Shown here: one piece after another, positions 1 to 15,009 of the stretch
How positions within the stretch are numbered: position 1 is the first letter of the stretch
Layout: each line of letters starts with the position of its first letter
Source of the DNA: Octopus vulgaris
Taxonomy: Eukaryota
Direction: 5' to 3'
DNA length: 64,000 nucleotides
NCBI GenBank assembly: GCA_951406725.2
Contig: OX597814.1
Span: forward strand, 177,320,001 to 177,384,000
Notes under the pieces: model-generated
Told to the model about the DNA's origin: nothing
What the model saw: only the letters and a program-made list of their open reading frames with translations
Databases searched by the model: none
Position numbers and translations under genes: made by a program

Positions 1-1037
1 AAAAACTAATATTACTTTTCTTTGAAAGATTTCGCATTATATAACTCGCCAAAAGAAACAGCAATGTCCGTCACTAACTTGGAAACGAATGAAATGAAAA
101 TCGATAGACTGGTGTCACTAACATCTCGAAACAAATAAACAAACCACAGTTATTTTCACAATTCTTATTTATTTGAATTTAAAAAAATATGACTGTTGCA
201 AAAAAAAAAAAAAAAAAGAAAATTGGAGAGAAAAATACTTCAAGTGCTGGCAAAGAAGTCCTTCCTCAGTTTGGTTAAGTAGAAATATCGTCTCACTGTT
301 GATATTCTCTGGAAATTATCAATGATTCACAGTGATTACAACGCATACTCAATCTGCGATTAAATAACAGGTATATGCTATGTTTGTATGAACATGATAA
401 AAAATATCTTTTTCCTTATATTAATATACTGTCTCAAATTAACGAGTGTGAGGTCTAGCCGAATAAATTGATTTCAGTATATTACTGCTATATATTTCAT
501 CGACATCCTTAAAGGAATTAAAACTGAAATTCAGGAAGGTCAGAATTCAGAGCGTAGAGGAAGAAAACTAAATATTAGTTTAGTCCAGAAAATCTGAAGT
601 TTCTGCCTAACCCACACAGTCCTTTCTACGATCATCATAATTTACTTTCTTATATTGACATGAGAAAACGCTGAAAAGATTGAGGAGACAAATTCCTCTT
701 CGGTCAAGCCCTATTCAAACATCTTCAAACTAAATTTTGAGACGGATGAGCACAGGGTGGAGAGGAAGCTACTGCTCTCCATCAAATTTGCTGGAAAGTG
801 AGAGTGACGTCGGTGACCCGAGTGAATGGGTCCGCAGATTTGAGGACACTGCTGGAAGAGGATACTTTCTAGTGGCAGTGAATGTATCCGAGGGTTTGTG
901 AATTCCTCGAGTGGTTACAAGTGGCTATCGTCCTGTTGCGTCTTTCATAACATTTCCTGGTCTAATAATGTTCCTTATACTTGTTTTCTCATACTCCTAG
1001 TTTATGCATCGTCCCAACGGTTTTGTATACTTGTATG

Positions 1038-1084
<47 letters not shown>

Positions 1085-1342
1085 GAATGACAGAACAGTG
1101 CATGCCATCAAAGTGGCTATATTATTATCATTATTATTTACTTTTAATCTGTATGTTTGAAGACGTCGCACGGTATCCCATATCGTGATGTTGTGGCTTC
1201 AAGACTTTGCGTCTACCGGTGGTTTGTACTGTCTGTCAAGTCACAAGGACCCGATAGACATTACTTACGCAATCTTTATTATTATTATTATCATTATTGT
1301 TATTATTATTGATATTGTTGTTGTTTTTGTTGTTGTTGGTAA

Positions 1343-1562
1343 GGCGACGAGCGGGCAGAATCGTTGGCACACCGGATAAAATGCTTAGCTGCATTTTCTC
1401 CGTCTTTTCGTTCTAGATTCAAATTCCACCGAGGTCGACTTTGGATTTCATCCTTTCGGGTTCGATAAAATAAGCACCAGTTGACTACTGAGGTCAATGT
1501 AATCGACTGGCTCACTGTCCCCCCTAAAGTTTTCAAGCCTTGAGCCTATGTTAGAAAAGATT
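1343..1562 (+). mobile_element. SINE family B copy (further decayed copies at about 1595-1760 and 1995-2150)
   Basis: GGCGACGAGCGGGCAGAATCG..TTCAAATTCCACCGAGGTCGACTTTGGATTTCATCCTTTCGGG. Confidence 0.75.
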
Positions 1563-1784
1563 ATTTTTATTATTGTTATGATGTTATTATTAATGCAGAG
1601 GATTGGCGAAATCGTTAGAGCGCTGGTATTTCTACCTGCTTTTTACACTCAGCGTTCATATCCCATCGAAGACGACTTTGCATTTTATCATTTTGTGGTC
1701 GACAAGTAAAGTGCCAGTCAAATGTCAATCAGTTTACTCACCTTCCCTCGAAACTGGTGTCCTTATACCAACATTTTAAGAGCA

Positions 1785-1845
<61 letters not shown>

Positions 1846-2213
1846 TATTATCATTGTTATTATTATTATTATCATTATTATTATTATTATCATTGTTATT
1901 ATTACTATTATTATCATTGTTATTATCATTATTATTAATATTATTATTATTATTATTATTATTGTTGTTGTTGTTGTTGTTATTATTATTATGAAAGCGG
2001 TTAGCTGGTAGATTTGTTAGATTGTCGGACAGAGTACCTTGCAGTATTTTTCCGGCTCGTTACGTCATGAACTCGAATGTTGTCGATTTAAATTTACCAT
2101 TTCTCCCTTTCTGGGTCAAAAAATGAAAAATTCCCTGTAGTAAGTACTGGTGTTGGTTATTATTTATTTATTTATAAGGATTTTTATTGTGTTATTATTA
2201 TTATCATTGTTAC

Positions 2214-2270
<57 letters not shown>

Positions 2271-2653
2271 GGAATATTTTGATGATCTTGAATTTTCTAA
2301 GTTTATGTGAAGTGAAGAAATGAAAATAGTTTCCATCAGGTACTGAAAACGGTTTATCAAATTTTTCCTTTTGGGATCTTACCTTTTTTTTTACTTACTC
2401 TATAGATTCTATCAATTTATATATGAGTATGACAATAATGGCTGTTTGAAATGCAGTACAGAACGGATTAAAAAAAAAAGAACAGCAAAAAATAAAATGT
2501 AAACAAAACCAAAATTATACGAAAAAACATAGGAGAGTGGGTTGAAAAGAAAAATAATTTTCTCTTTCAAACATTATTTCCTATTTTTAAAAAAAGACAA
2601 GAACAACAATATTTTCTGGAAATCTTTCATTTCTTAATTGGATAAAAAAACTG

Positions 2654-2698
<45 letters not shown>

Positions 2699-2802
2699 TA
2701 TAGGTGTGTGTATGTGTGTGTGTATGTGTGCATTCATATATATATATGCATTTTTTATATATATGTATATATATATATATATATATAGGTATATATATAT
2801 TT

Positions 2803-2863
<61 letters not shown>

Positions 2864-3074
2864 TATATATATATATGCATACACGCATACACATACATAT
2901 ATATCACACAATAAATGGATTGTATTTATTTAATGCATTTATTTTTTTATTGAGAGTAAATTTTTCAGCAGCAGAGTAAAAAATATACGAAAAAAGAAAT
3001 TGAAAATTAAGAAACAAAAACAATAAAATTAGATGCTGTTTTTTTTTAAATAGGTATTTTTCTTTATTATTATT

Positions 3075-3230
3075 TAACCGGGCTGCAGTCCCTTTATGTT
3101 TAAAACGCGAAGACATATGGAAGCTGTGTCATCCGCCATCTTGGATTTTCCACGTGCACTATTACTAGTGGCGTAATTTAAGTGGATTGGAATCAACATA
3201 GGATTTAAAACGTGGTCGTAGTTTCGATTT
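3075..3230. promoter_or_regulatory. Possible promoter or first-exon island (YY1-type CAAGATGGCGG on the minus strand, adjacent E-box CACGTG)
   Basis: CCGCCATCTTGG at 3133-3144 and CACGTG at 3151-3156 lie in a CpG-containing, non-repetitive patch. There is no transcript evidence. Confidence 0.3.
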
Positions 3231-3516
3231 TGGTTATAGGTTTCTTATTCTACAATACTAAGTATTCTTTTAAATTTTGATCTATGTCTGTATTGGTTAC
3301 TGGTTTGTTATACATAAGAGAATAGTTTGATTAAATAATATCACAATAAAATAAAAAAACGAAAAATGAAAAAAATATACCTGAAAATGTAAGTTAAAAT
3401 TTTCAATATTAAAAAATAGGAATGGAACCTCGGAGAATTTTAAATATTGAAAATTTTAGATAAAACTCTTGAATCATAAAAGAAAGGATATAATTTTTTA
3501 AAACTTTCTAAAAGAA

Positions 3517-3581
<65 letters not shown>

Positions 3582-3809
3582 CAATTACGATATCTTACGT
3601 GAACCAAGGAACATGTTTTTGCGGGAAATGAAACCCAGTACTTGAATGGTACTTTTTTTCAACGATCTCAAAAGGATGAAGGGCAAAATTAACTCCAGTA
3701 GGATTTGATCTCACATCTTAGGAGCTGGAAGACATAAAGCGAGACATCTTGTCCGCCGGACGCTCTAACTATTCTACTAATCCACCATCCTTAATGTTAA
3801 TAATAATAG

Positions 3810-4020
3810 GGGTTTCAAATTTTGGCACAAGGCCAGTAAGTTCATGGGCGGGGTTAAGTAGATTACATCAATCCTAGTACTTGATTGGTAATTATTTTAT
3901 CGGCACCAAAAGGGATGAAAGGTAAAGTCGTCTTCGGCGGAATTTGAACTCAGAACGTAAAGACCGATAAATTACCGTTGAGCATTTGCCCGGGCTGCTA
4001 ACGATACTGCCAGTTCGCCG
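3810..4020 (-). mobile_element. SINE family B copy (older copy adjacent at about 3630-3790)
   Basis: GGATGAAAGGTAAAGTCGTCTTCGGCGGAATTTGAACTCAGAACG, followed by (TAA)n. Confidence 0.75.
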
Positions 4021-4040
4021 TATTAATAATAATAATAATG

Positions 4041-4092
<52 letters not shown>

Positions 4093-4721
4093 TATTAATA
4101 ATAATAATAATAATAATAATGATAATAATAATAATAATAATAATAATTTCATTTATTTTCCACAAGGGCGAAGGATGAGGGGGACAATACAAAGACAGAC
4201 ATAAAATGTGGGGGGTTTAATAATAATATCTTTTATATTCTTTAATAATGATTTCTTTTAATAACAATAATAACAATAACAATAATAATAATAATTTCTA
4301 ACGTACGCAAATAAGTATAAATTATTATGATTATTAAATTCATTATTGTTATTATCATTTACATTAATGTATGGAATTTGGAACGATTCTTACGCTTCTT
4401 GCTTTATTTTCTTGGCGCGAAAAATTGTAGTTTAATGTTCCGCAGAATGTATTCTAAATTGCAAGAAATGAAAACTACATACAGGTCAGTTTCTGCCATT
4501 GAAGTTCAGCGTCTAGCCAGTAACAGGGGAGATTATGAAGATACATAATTGTGTTGAGTTTTCTCTCTGAATGTAATTTTTGCTTTTTTAAAAAAATTAA
4601 AGTTTATAAATGTAGATTTACACAGACATTTACGCATAATTAGCCAGACGCTACCATGAAAATGTATACTAAAAATTTTGAAGGTGAATACATGCCTTAC
4701 TTGCATGCATCACACACTGAC

Positions 4722-4760
<39 letters not shown>

Positions 4761-5185
4761 CGTACATACATACATACTTACATACATATATATATATATA
4801 TATACATATATACACACACACATATATATACTTACACATATATACACACACATATATATATACTTATACATATATATACACACATACTTATATATATACA
4901 TGTGCGTACACATTTTTGTGTTTGTACATATATCTATATCTATTTATCTATATATGTACGCATCTATATAGACAAGTGTATGTACGTATCAATATATATA
5001 TTATATCCCATACAAGTGGAACTGAATCAACGCATGTCCACGTGAATACCAATCATCTGGAGAGTGAATTCTTCAACAACGTCCAAGTGACACAGGCATA
5101 TAGATGAATATGTTTACATATAGATAAGCATATATGCATTCAGGTTCACACAAATACACGCAATCACACAGACATTATTTGTATG

Positions 5186-5231
<46 letters not shown>

Positions 5232-5348
5232 ACTGCATATCACCGTGATTTCATAATTAGTGCAGTAATGCACTTTTTAATCCTCAGTGCAAGCATAATT
5301 CAAGATTTATCTGGTATGTTGATTTTGTTCATTCGTTATAAATCTTGA

Positions 5349-5449
<101 letters not shown>

Positions 5450-5579
5450 ATACATACATACATATGTTGGTAAAACGGTAAGATGGCCAGATAACCGAAG
5501 AGATGGTGTTGTGGATTTCCACTTCGGCATCCGAAACTCAGTTTTATCTTGGCCATTGAATAATTGTCACGTATTAATT

Positions 5580-5742
<163 letters not shown>

Positions 5743-7542
5743 GTGTATGCATGTAGCATGTATTGCATGTATAGTTGTTTTTTTTTCTTTTCTTTTCTTA
5801 TAGATCAATGACGAGCTTGATAAATATTATTTGTTAAACAAATGGGCAAAAGCTTTAGCAAAACTCACAACAATAACAGCAATTACAGCAACAGCAATGT
5901 CTCAGAATATAAATTTTATCGATATGAGCGAGTAGCATCAACACAGCAACAACAGCAGTAACGGTTATGGACATGAGATCTTGGCTTAAAGACAACTATA
6001 TTAAATGAAACGTTGATGTTTACGAGGACTAAAATGTATTGTTCCGTTCGGCGTAAAATTGATTTAGTAGTGAATAAGAGAGTGATATTCGACTAAATCG
6101 TTTCTCATATCTTTACACGTATTTATTTCGGAAAGAGGAGAGGGAGTGTCTCCTCAGTGGGATTCGAACTCTGAATAGTGTAGTACAAACACTAGATACG
6201 TTAAAGAAACATCTTATAGCAACGCTTGTAACTCAACTAATGATTTCTAACTTCAGAACAAGCGCAGCACTGTTTCAACATATATACGGCAAAGCTATAG
6301 AGCACATTTTGAAGAGGTGGAGAAGAGGTCTGTTCAATTGAATCAAGGCCCATACTTCACTTGAATTGCTGCTTATTACACCGCGAGGAAAAGAATGTAA
6401 AACTCGAAATCTGTGGTATCTGAACTCAGAATATAAAGACACGCAATGAAACACTATAAGGCATTTCGTTCGAGATTTTACCATTTATTTCATTCCACAA
6501 CTCTCCCTCGCTGTAATAATGAATCCATACTGAAGTACGGTTTATAAGGAATGACGTGTGAGGAATGTAGAAGGCTGTCAAGTATTCATACCCTTCTCAA
6601 ATGCATATTTTCAACTAATCACAAATGGTATGACCACAGCGAAGAATCGAAACTGGCTGGCTGATTCTGAGGATTTCTAGCTAACAAGTAGTCTAGGGTT
6701 ATGATCATATAACTGTTCCATGCATCCAGGAACATTTTTTGAGGTGATTGAAAATTAGGAAGCTATGGAATTCATGCCGTATCCAATTGCATTCCTCATA
6801 CAGAGCTTCCAGTATATGATAAAATTGTTATGGTATGGTACGAATATTACGTCATGAGGATGTCATAGACTGGCATAAGGCCACGCATTTGTAAGGAGGG
6901 ATAAAATCTTTTGAATTGACCGACGCCAATATATGACTGGATACTTAATTTTATCGACCAGTCATAAAAAAAGATAAGAGGTTAAGTCAAATCTGCCGTG
7001 ATTTGAAATTAGTGGGATGTTATTCAGTCAATACTGTTAAATAGTGTATTTAGTCCGCTGTTCTCAGTTAAGATGCTTTGGATGAAAAAATAATGATGGA
7101 TAATACGGAGGATGATGGAAGGAGAGTAAAAATAATCCAAATAAACTGTTGTTGTCGTTAAGTTGTTGGTGTTGTTGTTGTTGTTGACGATGATGATGAT
7201 GATGATGATGATGAAGATGATGGTGTTGATGATAATGATGATGACGACGACGACGACGACAACGATGAAGCTGATGATGAAGAGGTGGTCGTGATGGTAG
7301 AGATTGTAGTGATTATAGAAATCCGGTGTATCGTAAGAGATTCAAAAGAATCTTTGCTGAGAAAGTTTTAAATAAGTTTATGACTTTATACCAAATACGA
7401 TCATAATTGCATTCTTACCTGCTCACTCTGCTCTAAACCCTGGCTATATTAATGAGGACGATAACAGTAGCGATGATAAGGACAACGACGATGATGTCGA
7501 TGACGAAGTATGGCGCCCATGAGTCTAATAACACTATTATTA

Positions 7543-7849
7543 TTTTATGTTTGACTTTTGCTTTGCATTTGTGCAAGTTGGATCCAAGTCTCACCCAGAG
7601 ACCTCAAGAGACAACAAGTTAGAAGTTCATTTTGGTGTTATGCCTAGGGTATCATATATTTGGTCTTGAACTTCGTGTTGTACTAGTGAATGTTTAAGAA
7701 ACCATAAGAAAATTATGAGTCTGTTTTAAAATTTGAGATTACATAGACAATATTTTACGTAGGATACAGGCAGTTCCCATGAGCACTTTTGAAATTTTGC
7801 CATTTTGGGGTTTCCTGGTATCTGAGATTTTGCTATCTTTCCTAGGGCA

Positions 7850-7850
<1 letters not shown>
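7543..7850 (-). mobile_element. 3' end of an R4/Dong-like (restriction-like endonuclease) non-LTR element, copy 1
   Basis: Minus-strand translation includes KVLMGTACILRKILSM* followed by a 3' UTR. It is highly similar to 8011-8330 and bounded by (TAA)n tracts. Confidence 0.7.
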
Positions 7851-7906
<56 letters not shown>

Positions 7907-7910
7907 CATC

Positions 7911-7952
<42 letters not shown>

Positions 7953-8010
7953 GTTATTATTATCATCATCATCATCATCACCCACATCATCATCATCATC
8001 ATTATTATTA

Positions 8011-8453
8011 TTTTATGTTTGACTTTTGCTTTGGATTTCTACAAGTTGGCTCCATGTCTCACCCAGAGACCTCAAGAGACAACATATTCGAAGTTCATGT
8101 TAGTGTTATGCCTAGGGTGCCATATATTTGGTTTTGTACATAGTATTGTTCTAGAGAATGTTGAAGAAATCATAAGAAAATTGTTTGTTTTAAAATGTGA
8201 GATTACATTGACACTATTTTACGCAGGATATGGGCAGTTCCCATGAGCACTTTCTTTTGAATCTCTGCCATTTTGGGGTTTTCTGGTATTTGAGCTAGGT
8301 AGGATCAGCACCTTTTCTATCATTCCTAGGGCACCAATAACAAGAGGTACTATTTTAGTCTTCAGGTTCCACATTTTGCTAATTTCTATTTCAAGATCTT
8401 TATACTTGCTCGGTTTTTGGTAGGTCGTGTCAGATACGTTTATACCGAAGGGG
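8011..8453 (-). mobile_element. 3' end of an R4/Dong-like non-LTR element, copy 2
   Basis: Encodes KYKDLEIEISKMWNLKTKIVPLVIGALGMI, the KY..L..E...W...P.VIGALG pattern of RLE-clade C-termini. It is frameshifted and embedded in (TAA)n. Confidence 0.75.
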
Positions 8454-8509
8454 ATTATTATTATTATTATTATTATTATTAATATTATTATTATTATCAT
8501 TATTATTAT

Positions 8510-8870
8510 TGCTGCAGATTTATATAATTGTAGGAATTCTTGTCCTATCGGGTGCAACTCCATGTACCTCAACTAAGAGCGGGTGTGCACTGGGTATTCT
8601 ATTGATAAGCTTTCACAAAATATGTAGTCATGCAGTACCTACAAGTGCTATTTTCTTCATGTTGTGTACGGTTATGATTTCAAGAGTTTACATGCTGCAT
8701 TTTTAATCATACATAATGTTTAATTATACATCATGTGCCTATTATTATAAAGATAGTTTCTTTTTATTATCCCAATATTCTAGTTATTTCAGTTTCGAGG
8801 TCTTTATATTTTTTAGTTTCTCTAATTCTTTTGGTGATATATTATTATCTGTTGAGATTGGCCCATCATC
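8510..8870 (-). mobile_element. Older degenerate R4/Dong-like 3' fragment
   Basis: Minus strand gives MKKIALVGTA*LHIL*K, resembling the same C-terminal motif. It lies between (TAA)n tracts. Confidence 0.4.
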
Positions 8871-8909
8871 CTCGACAACAGTAACCAATTATTGCTGTTA
8901 TTATTATTA

Positions 8910-8965
<56 letters not shown>

Positions 8966-9009
8966 GTTATTATTATTATTATTATTATTATCATTATTAT
9001 TATTATTCA

Positions 9010-9220
9010 GGCGGTGAGCTGGCAGAATCGTTAGTAGGCTGGTCAAAATACTTAGTAGTATTTCGTTGGTCTTTACGCTCTCAGTTCAAATTCCACGCCT
9101 AGACCGACCTTGCCATTCCTCCCTTCGTGGTCGATAAAATAAGTACTAGTTGAGCACTGTGGTTTATGTAATCGAAAATCTCCTCCCTCAAAACTTTAGG
9201 CTTGTGCCTATACTAGAAGG
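9010..9220 (+). mobile_element. SINE family B copy
   Basis: GGCGGTGAGCTGGCAGAATCGTTAG..AGTTCAAATTCC..GTCGATAAAATAAGTAC, flanked by (TTA)n. Confidence 0.75.
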
Positions 9221-9231
9221 GGTTGCTATGG

Positions 9232-9278
<47 letters not shown>

Positions 9279-11715
9279 TGTTGTTATCAACGTATATATC
9301 ACTATCATATATGTGCGTGTGTGTATGTGTGTGTATGCATGTGTGCGCATGTAAGGCATTACATTGGATAGCAATGCATTGCATAATACTATAACTAGTG
9401 TAGTACCCTTAAAAATGTTGTTATTTGTTTGATCAGTATTTCCTGATCTTTCTGCTGTAAGCTTCCTTGCTTCTGTTACTTCTTGTGTGTCTTGTCATTT
9501 TGCTGCACTTCTCTCCAGTCCGCACCCGACATTGGGGTTTTATTTTGATAAAAGTTTTCCTACAGTTCGAAGGCAGATACTGTCTCCGTGATCGAAGAAT
9601 TTTTCATGTGCATGATTTGCAATTACTTTCCGTTCATTTCCTTACTCTTACGCTCTCACTCAAGAAGTCTCTTTCATTATTCTTACGTACGTATTTCGGT
9701 ATTTCATCTTTTCCAGTTTTTATATTCTTAATTATTGTAGCTCAACGTCCTTCTCTGCAAATTGTTTTACAGTAGTGTAGATTTTTAGGGATTTACGACG
9801 GATATGAAAGAAGTAAAATGATAACCCTCATCATCAACTTTACTATCAACCACATTCTCATCAAAATTGTTATCAAGAAATATAAATAGTTCCTGTTTAT
9901 CTACTTGTCTGACTCTCTGTCTGTCTGTCTAATTGACTTTCTTTTCTCACATCAAAACTTGCCCCACCTCTTCTGTTTATTCGCAAATGTCTACCCTTCT
10001 TACACTCTGTTATTTTTCAAAAACGTCACTATCTATATATCTATTAATTTCGCATGCGCTCTCTCTCTTTACGTTCTTTATTTATACTATACTCCATACC
10101 TCAATAATTCTCTCACTCTGATGCAAAGTTCTAACGTTCTTTTCCCCATTTTATAAAATACATTCGTGAAATCTTTCTTACTCTTTTATTCCTGAGCTTT
10201 CTGTGTATGCTCGCCACATTGTGGACGGTAACTTATTATTTCTTCTCTCGCGTCCTTATGTTCCGTCAGTATCTCTGTTAATCTATCTAATCTATTTCTT
10301 TCTTTCATCACTCCACCTATTTCACTACAGACACTGCTTTCTCCTTTGGCATTCACATAGAGTGTAACCAGGTGTTCAAAACCCTATAAACAGCGAATGT
10401 GACACATAATTTGATGTTTTTGTATAGGGAAAGCATTTTCTAATCCTGGCGGTATTTGAAAGAATTATTTTTCATTTGTTTTCGACTGACATTTTGTTTT
10501 TTGATTTGTTCTATTATTTTTCACAATTCATGAAGAAACAAATAAACGTCTCTTATATCTCGAAGACGATATTCTTTGTAGAACTATATCTTAAACCTCT
10601 TGTATTCGGGGTGCAGCACATGTCTACGAAATATAACTCCATACAAATCTGGGTAATTCGCTAATATATTTTAAAGAACATTCTTAGATGATCGGAAACT
10701 TTTTCTTGAAGCTTGATAATGTACATTAATGTTGTCTACTCCTTAGAAGGTTTATAGGAAAGATATTCAAAGTCGACACTTTTGTGGTGACATAGAATTT
10801 CTAAAAAATCTTTTCGTTCGTGAAAATATTTTCATTTTCAGTTTTCCCATTTTTAATAATTCTAGCTGAACGTTCTTGGCTCTGAACAATTTTTTTACAG
10901 TTCGGCAATTTTTCTGAGATCTATTTCTGATGTGTCAGAAATAAAATTGAATCATCATCATCATCATCATCATCACTACCACTGCAGTAGTTTTATCATT
11001 ATTGTGTGTTCTTCACTGCATTGCTGAGTGAAGCTTGCAGTGCTTTTACACAGCGCATGCGCGGAATTATAACGATTGAAGGTAAAATATTTTGGCAGTC
11101 AAGAATTTTTCAATCCTTGCAGTTGTAATTGATTCTTCTGGAATGGTATGATACACAACCACTTATGTAAAGTCATTGGTAGATTATCTACAAGGATACA
11201 CCTAAGCACATTCTACATAAACCAAGATAATGGAGTATGTAAATATTAATAGAGTGATCTCACATGCTATCTGGTTGCCTTAAACAATTCTTTCAGATAC
11301 CAGAAATGAAACACCTTCAACATTTATCCAATGAAACAAGACAATAAAACTGGTAGAATATCACAAGTTATAACCAGCCCAATACTGTTACCTTCCACAG
11401 TTGACATCGACCAGATTTGAACCAAGAACGTAAACCGACATAATTAAATACAGCAAATAAATTTGCCTGATACTCTATGGAATCTATAATACACTACCAT
11501 TCATATAACAATAACACAGTTGATAAATACATAACTGACAAAAGCGATGAAAATGATGACTGTGATAGTTGCGGCAAAGGTGATATGTATTGACATGTTA
11601 ACAATAAAACTGTGATGATAATGACAACGATGATGATTATGATACGCAAAACTAAGAAAAAGCAGTCTTTCTGCGGATCATTGTTTCATCACAACGTAGC
11701 TTGACAATCTGAAAT

Positions 11716-11764
<49 letters not shown>

Positions 11765-11905
11765 ATATGTGTGTGTATGTATGTATGTATATGTGCATAT
11801 ATATATATACGTGTGTATATAGATGCACACACATTGATACACACATGCACAGCACATATAATCCTACCTACACATATGTATTTATGTAAGATTAAAAAAA
11901 ATTAC

Positions 11906-11947
<42 letters not shown>

Positions 11948-12030
11948 TACCCACTCACGCGTGTGTATATTAATACACGCCCATATACAGATATGTATAT
12001 GTCGAAACATATCTAAGTTTTATCTAAGTT

Positions 12031-12070
<40 letters not shown>

Positions 12071-12174
12071 CATACATACATATGAAGAATATCAGTAAAA
12101 AAATGTGAAATAACTATCGAAATGAGTGAACGTCTTCAACCTAAGTACACTTACTGGAGGAAATTACATCTATT

Positions 12175-12212
<38 letters not shown>

Positions 12213-14285
12213 AGATATAATTGGGTACACACACAGTATTTATGTACTACTTTTAAAAATTTGATGTGTAACTCTTAAAATGATTGAAGCGTTAAGGAGA
12301 CCTTAAACTGAGTGTGATTTGGCATATTGGACTTTAAGCAAGTCTGACTATGTACAAAAACTCATCTTATACATCCCCGGGTACATAAAAACGGCGACGT
12401 AAACCGTAGTGGTATTTAGATTCACAACGAAAATGGAATCGCGATTGAGAAAGTACAATGGCATTCTTCTGAGGCAGCGGCCTACTGTGTCTTCTTATCC
12501 TCTGCTACGGTTTAGTCTCCCTTTGTTTAGACGCTGGGACTCTATAGTTTAGAAGAGGAAATTCTGTTAGTGTTGTCTATGTTTGATGAGAGTAATCGTC
12601 TCTCTTATAACTTGTCCAAGAAAATAAACAATAGAAAGGGATGTACATAGAATCGGAACCACTTTGACTGAGGCAACGCCACTCGCCACAATGAGTAGTA
12701 AGAATGCCCTCGCATCTTCATGTATATGAACTGTAGTTGCCTAATAAAAATTCTTACATAGCCAGAAGACTTTAGAAAGTCGAGTCAGCGAGACGTATCT
12801 AAATACTGCAAAACATTTCGTTCGATACACTATTGATTCTAGTTATTTTACTTATCCACAAACCTTTGAAGTAGTATAATAGTAATAGATTAAAAGCGTG
12901 CATTAACTGGTGTGTTACATCGAATTATAGGTTACACCTTGATTTCTCAACCCTGAATTTTTAAGATGACGTGAGAAAACTATAACAAGGAAAGAAGGTC
13001 TTTCTGACTCTAATCTAACAGAGTTAAAAGATGCACATTAGCTACTATCAACTTTAAGTACGAACTGTATACTGGAGCACAACTCTGCGGAATATTATAT
13101 ATTACTTTGTTCCCTATAGCGTAAAAAATGATCGTTTTCAATAACCAAACCACAGAATTTGGGTAAAAGTTCAGTCGATTTAGTTGACTCATTAATTTAT
13201 CGACCTCAGAAAGATTGAAGGTAAACTCGTGACCAAATAAAATTGAATACCGGAGAAGGCAATTTTTCCCACCGCTCCGGTGATTTTGTCACACTCAGCA
13301 ATTTTAAGTAATTGCTTACAACATAGGAACAGGGCCTGAAATTATGGCAGGGATCCACCCCAGTACTTGACTTCTACTTTATTTTATTGATATCGAGAGT
13401 ATGAAATGTAAAGTTGGTTTCGGTGAGATTTGAAACTCAGAACGAACAGATACTTTAAATACCACAACAAATTAAAATTTTTCTCTGATTTTGTAATGAT
13501 CTACCAATCCACAGCCCTTACGGTACTATTAATAATAATCATAATTTTTAAGAAGGTGTGACGCTTCCTGAAAACTCTCAGCCTATAGATCACGGGACTT
13601 CTATCAATTGTGTTTGGAGAGACGAAAGGTAGGATTTGAACCTACTATTTTGATGGAATGTAACCAAATCTGGTAATATGTATTGCTGCTCTAACAAATT
13701 TACTTATCCACTATCATAATATTTTTGTGTGTAATACACTGGAGAACGATTTAAATTTTATATTTCTTTCTCTTCCTTTGAAATATAATCACATAAAAGT
13801 TCATAAATTTTTGTTTTAGATTTAGTGTAAGATTAAACCAAGCAAGGCCAAAACCAAAATTGAAAAAGATTCAAAAATTGCCCCACCTCTATCTCCAAAT
13901 GAAGCACAATGAAGAACAAACTATCGCAGTTTCAAAAATTCAAAGAATAAAAATATAAATATAGAAAATTAATTATGTGACAATGGAAAACTGGTTTCTT
14001 TTCTGCGGCCCAATTGCTCTATATTTTGGTGAGTAAAACCTGACAAATAATATGTAACGAATAGTTTCACCAGAAAGTGAAGAATGTGGTTACAATTTAT
14101 CAATGCATGTAACTCATTTTAATGATAATATTTGTCAGAAATAAAGAATTATAAATACATACATGTGTGTATTCTTGCATGTGTGTGTAGATATATGTGT
14201 ACCACGTACTAAAATTAATGTTGTTTGTAACTTCCTCGTAAAGTAGATACAGATAAAATAAGTAGAAGTAGTGGCAAATGCCACG

Positions 14286-14435
14286 TAAACATGGGTGTTC
14301 CCTAGGAACTTAAAATACTGCTATTTTAACCCTGTGAGGATACGTCCTGTAGTTGGTTCTGCATTACACTGGAAGAGTTGTTCTCCTGAGGTTAAAATAG
14401 CAGTATCGTAGGTTCCTAGGGAACACCCATGTTTA
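14286..14435. repeat. MITE-like inverted repeat
   Basis: TAAACATGGGTGTTCCCTAGGAAC..ATACTGCTATTTTAACC pairs with GGTTAAAATAGCAGTAT..GTTCCTAGGGAACACCCATGTTTA. Confidence 0.85.
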
Positions 14436-14916
14436 GGTGATATCATACGCTACTTCCTAGTATGAATACTGCTTTCATTTCTAATAGAAATTTTCTTGAC
14501 TATTTAGTTTGTTTGTTAATAAACTAAGCACTAGATTGAAATAAGAATAAGGGTCGATATGATTGACTATAACTCTTGAAGATGATGCTACGAGCATAGT
14601 CATAGCCTAATGACCGACACCAGTACAAGAACTGTCGTTAATTTCTCGAATCTACAGGTACGTCAGTTATCGCTTATTTCAAAGTTACATACTCCTGAGA
14701 ATTTCGTTGGATAACATGAAACTCTTTCGTTTTGAAAGTTAACATAAACTGAGCATATAGATTTTTATGGTCATATCTTGAATGCCTTTCACCATATATG
14801 GTGAATAGCACCGTAGGTGCTATTCCATCAGTGCTAGGATTCGGTTTAAATAATATCATCAGCAAATATTATACATTCACGTGAAATGTTTTCCATTCTT
14901 GATGATTAACCCAACC

Positions 14917-15009
<93 letters not shown>

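Noticed and set aside
660-1040. GC-richer block possibly from a LINE 3' end
   Set aside because: No diagnostic motif could be read, so it cannot be classified without a repeat-library search.
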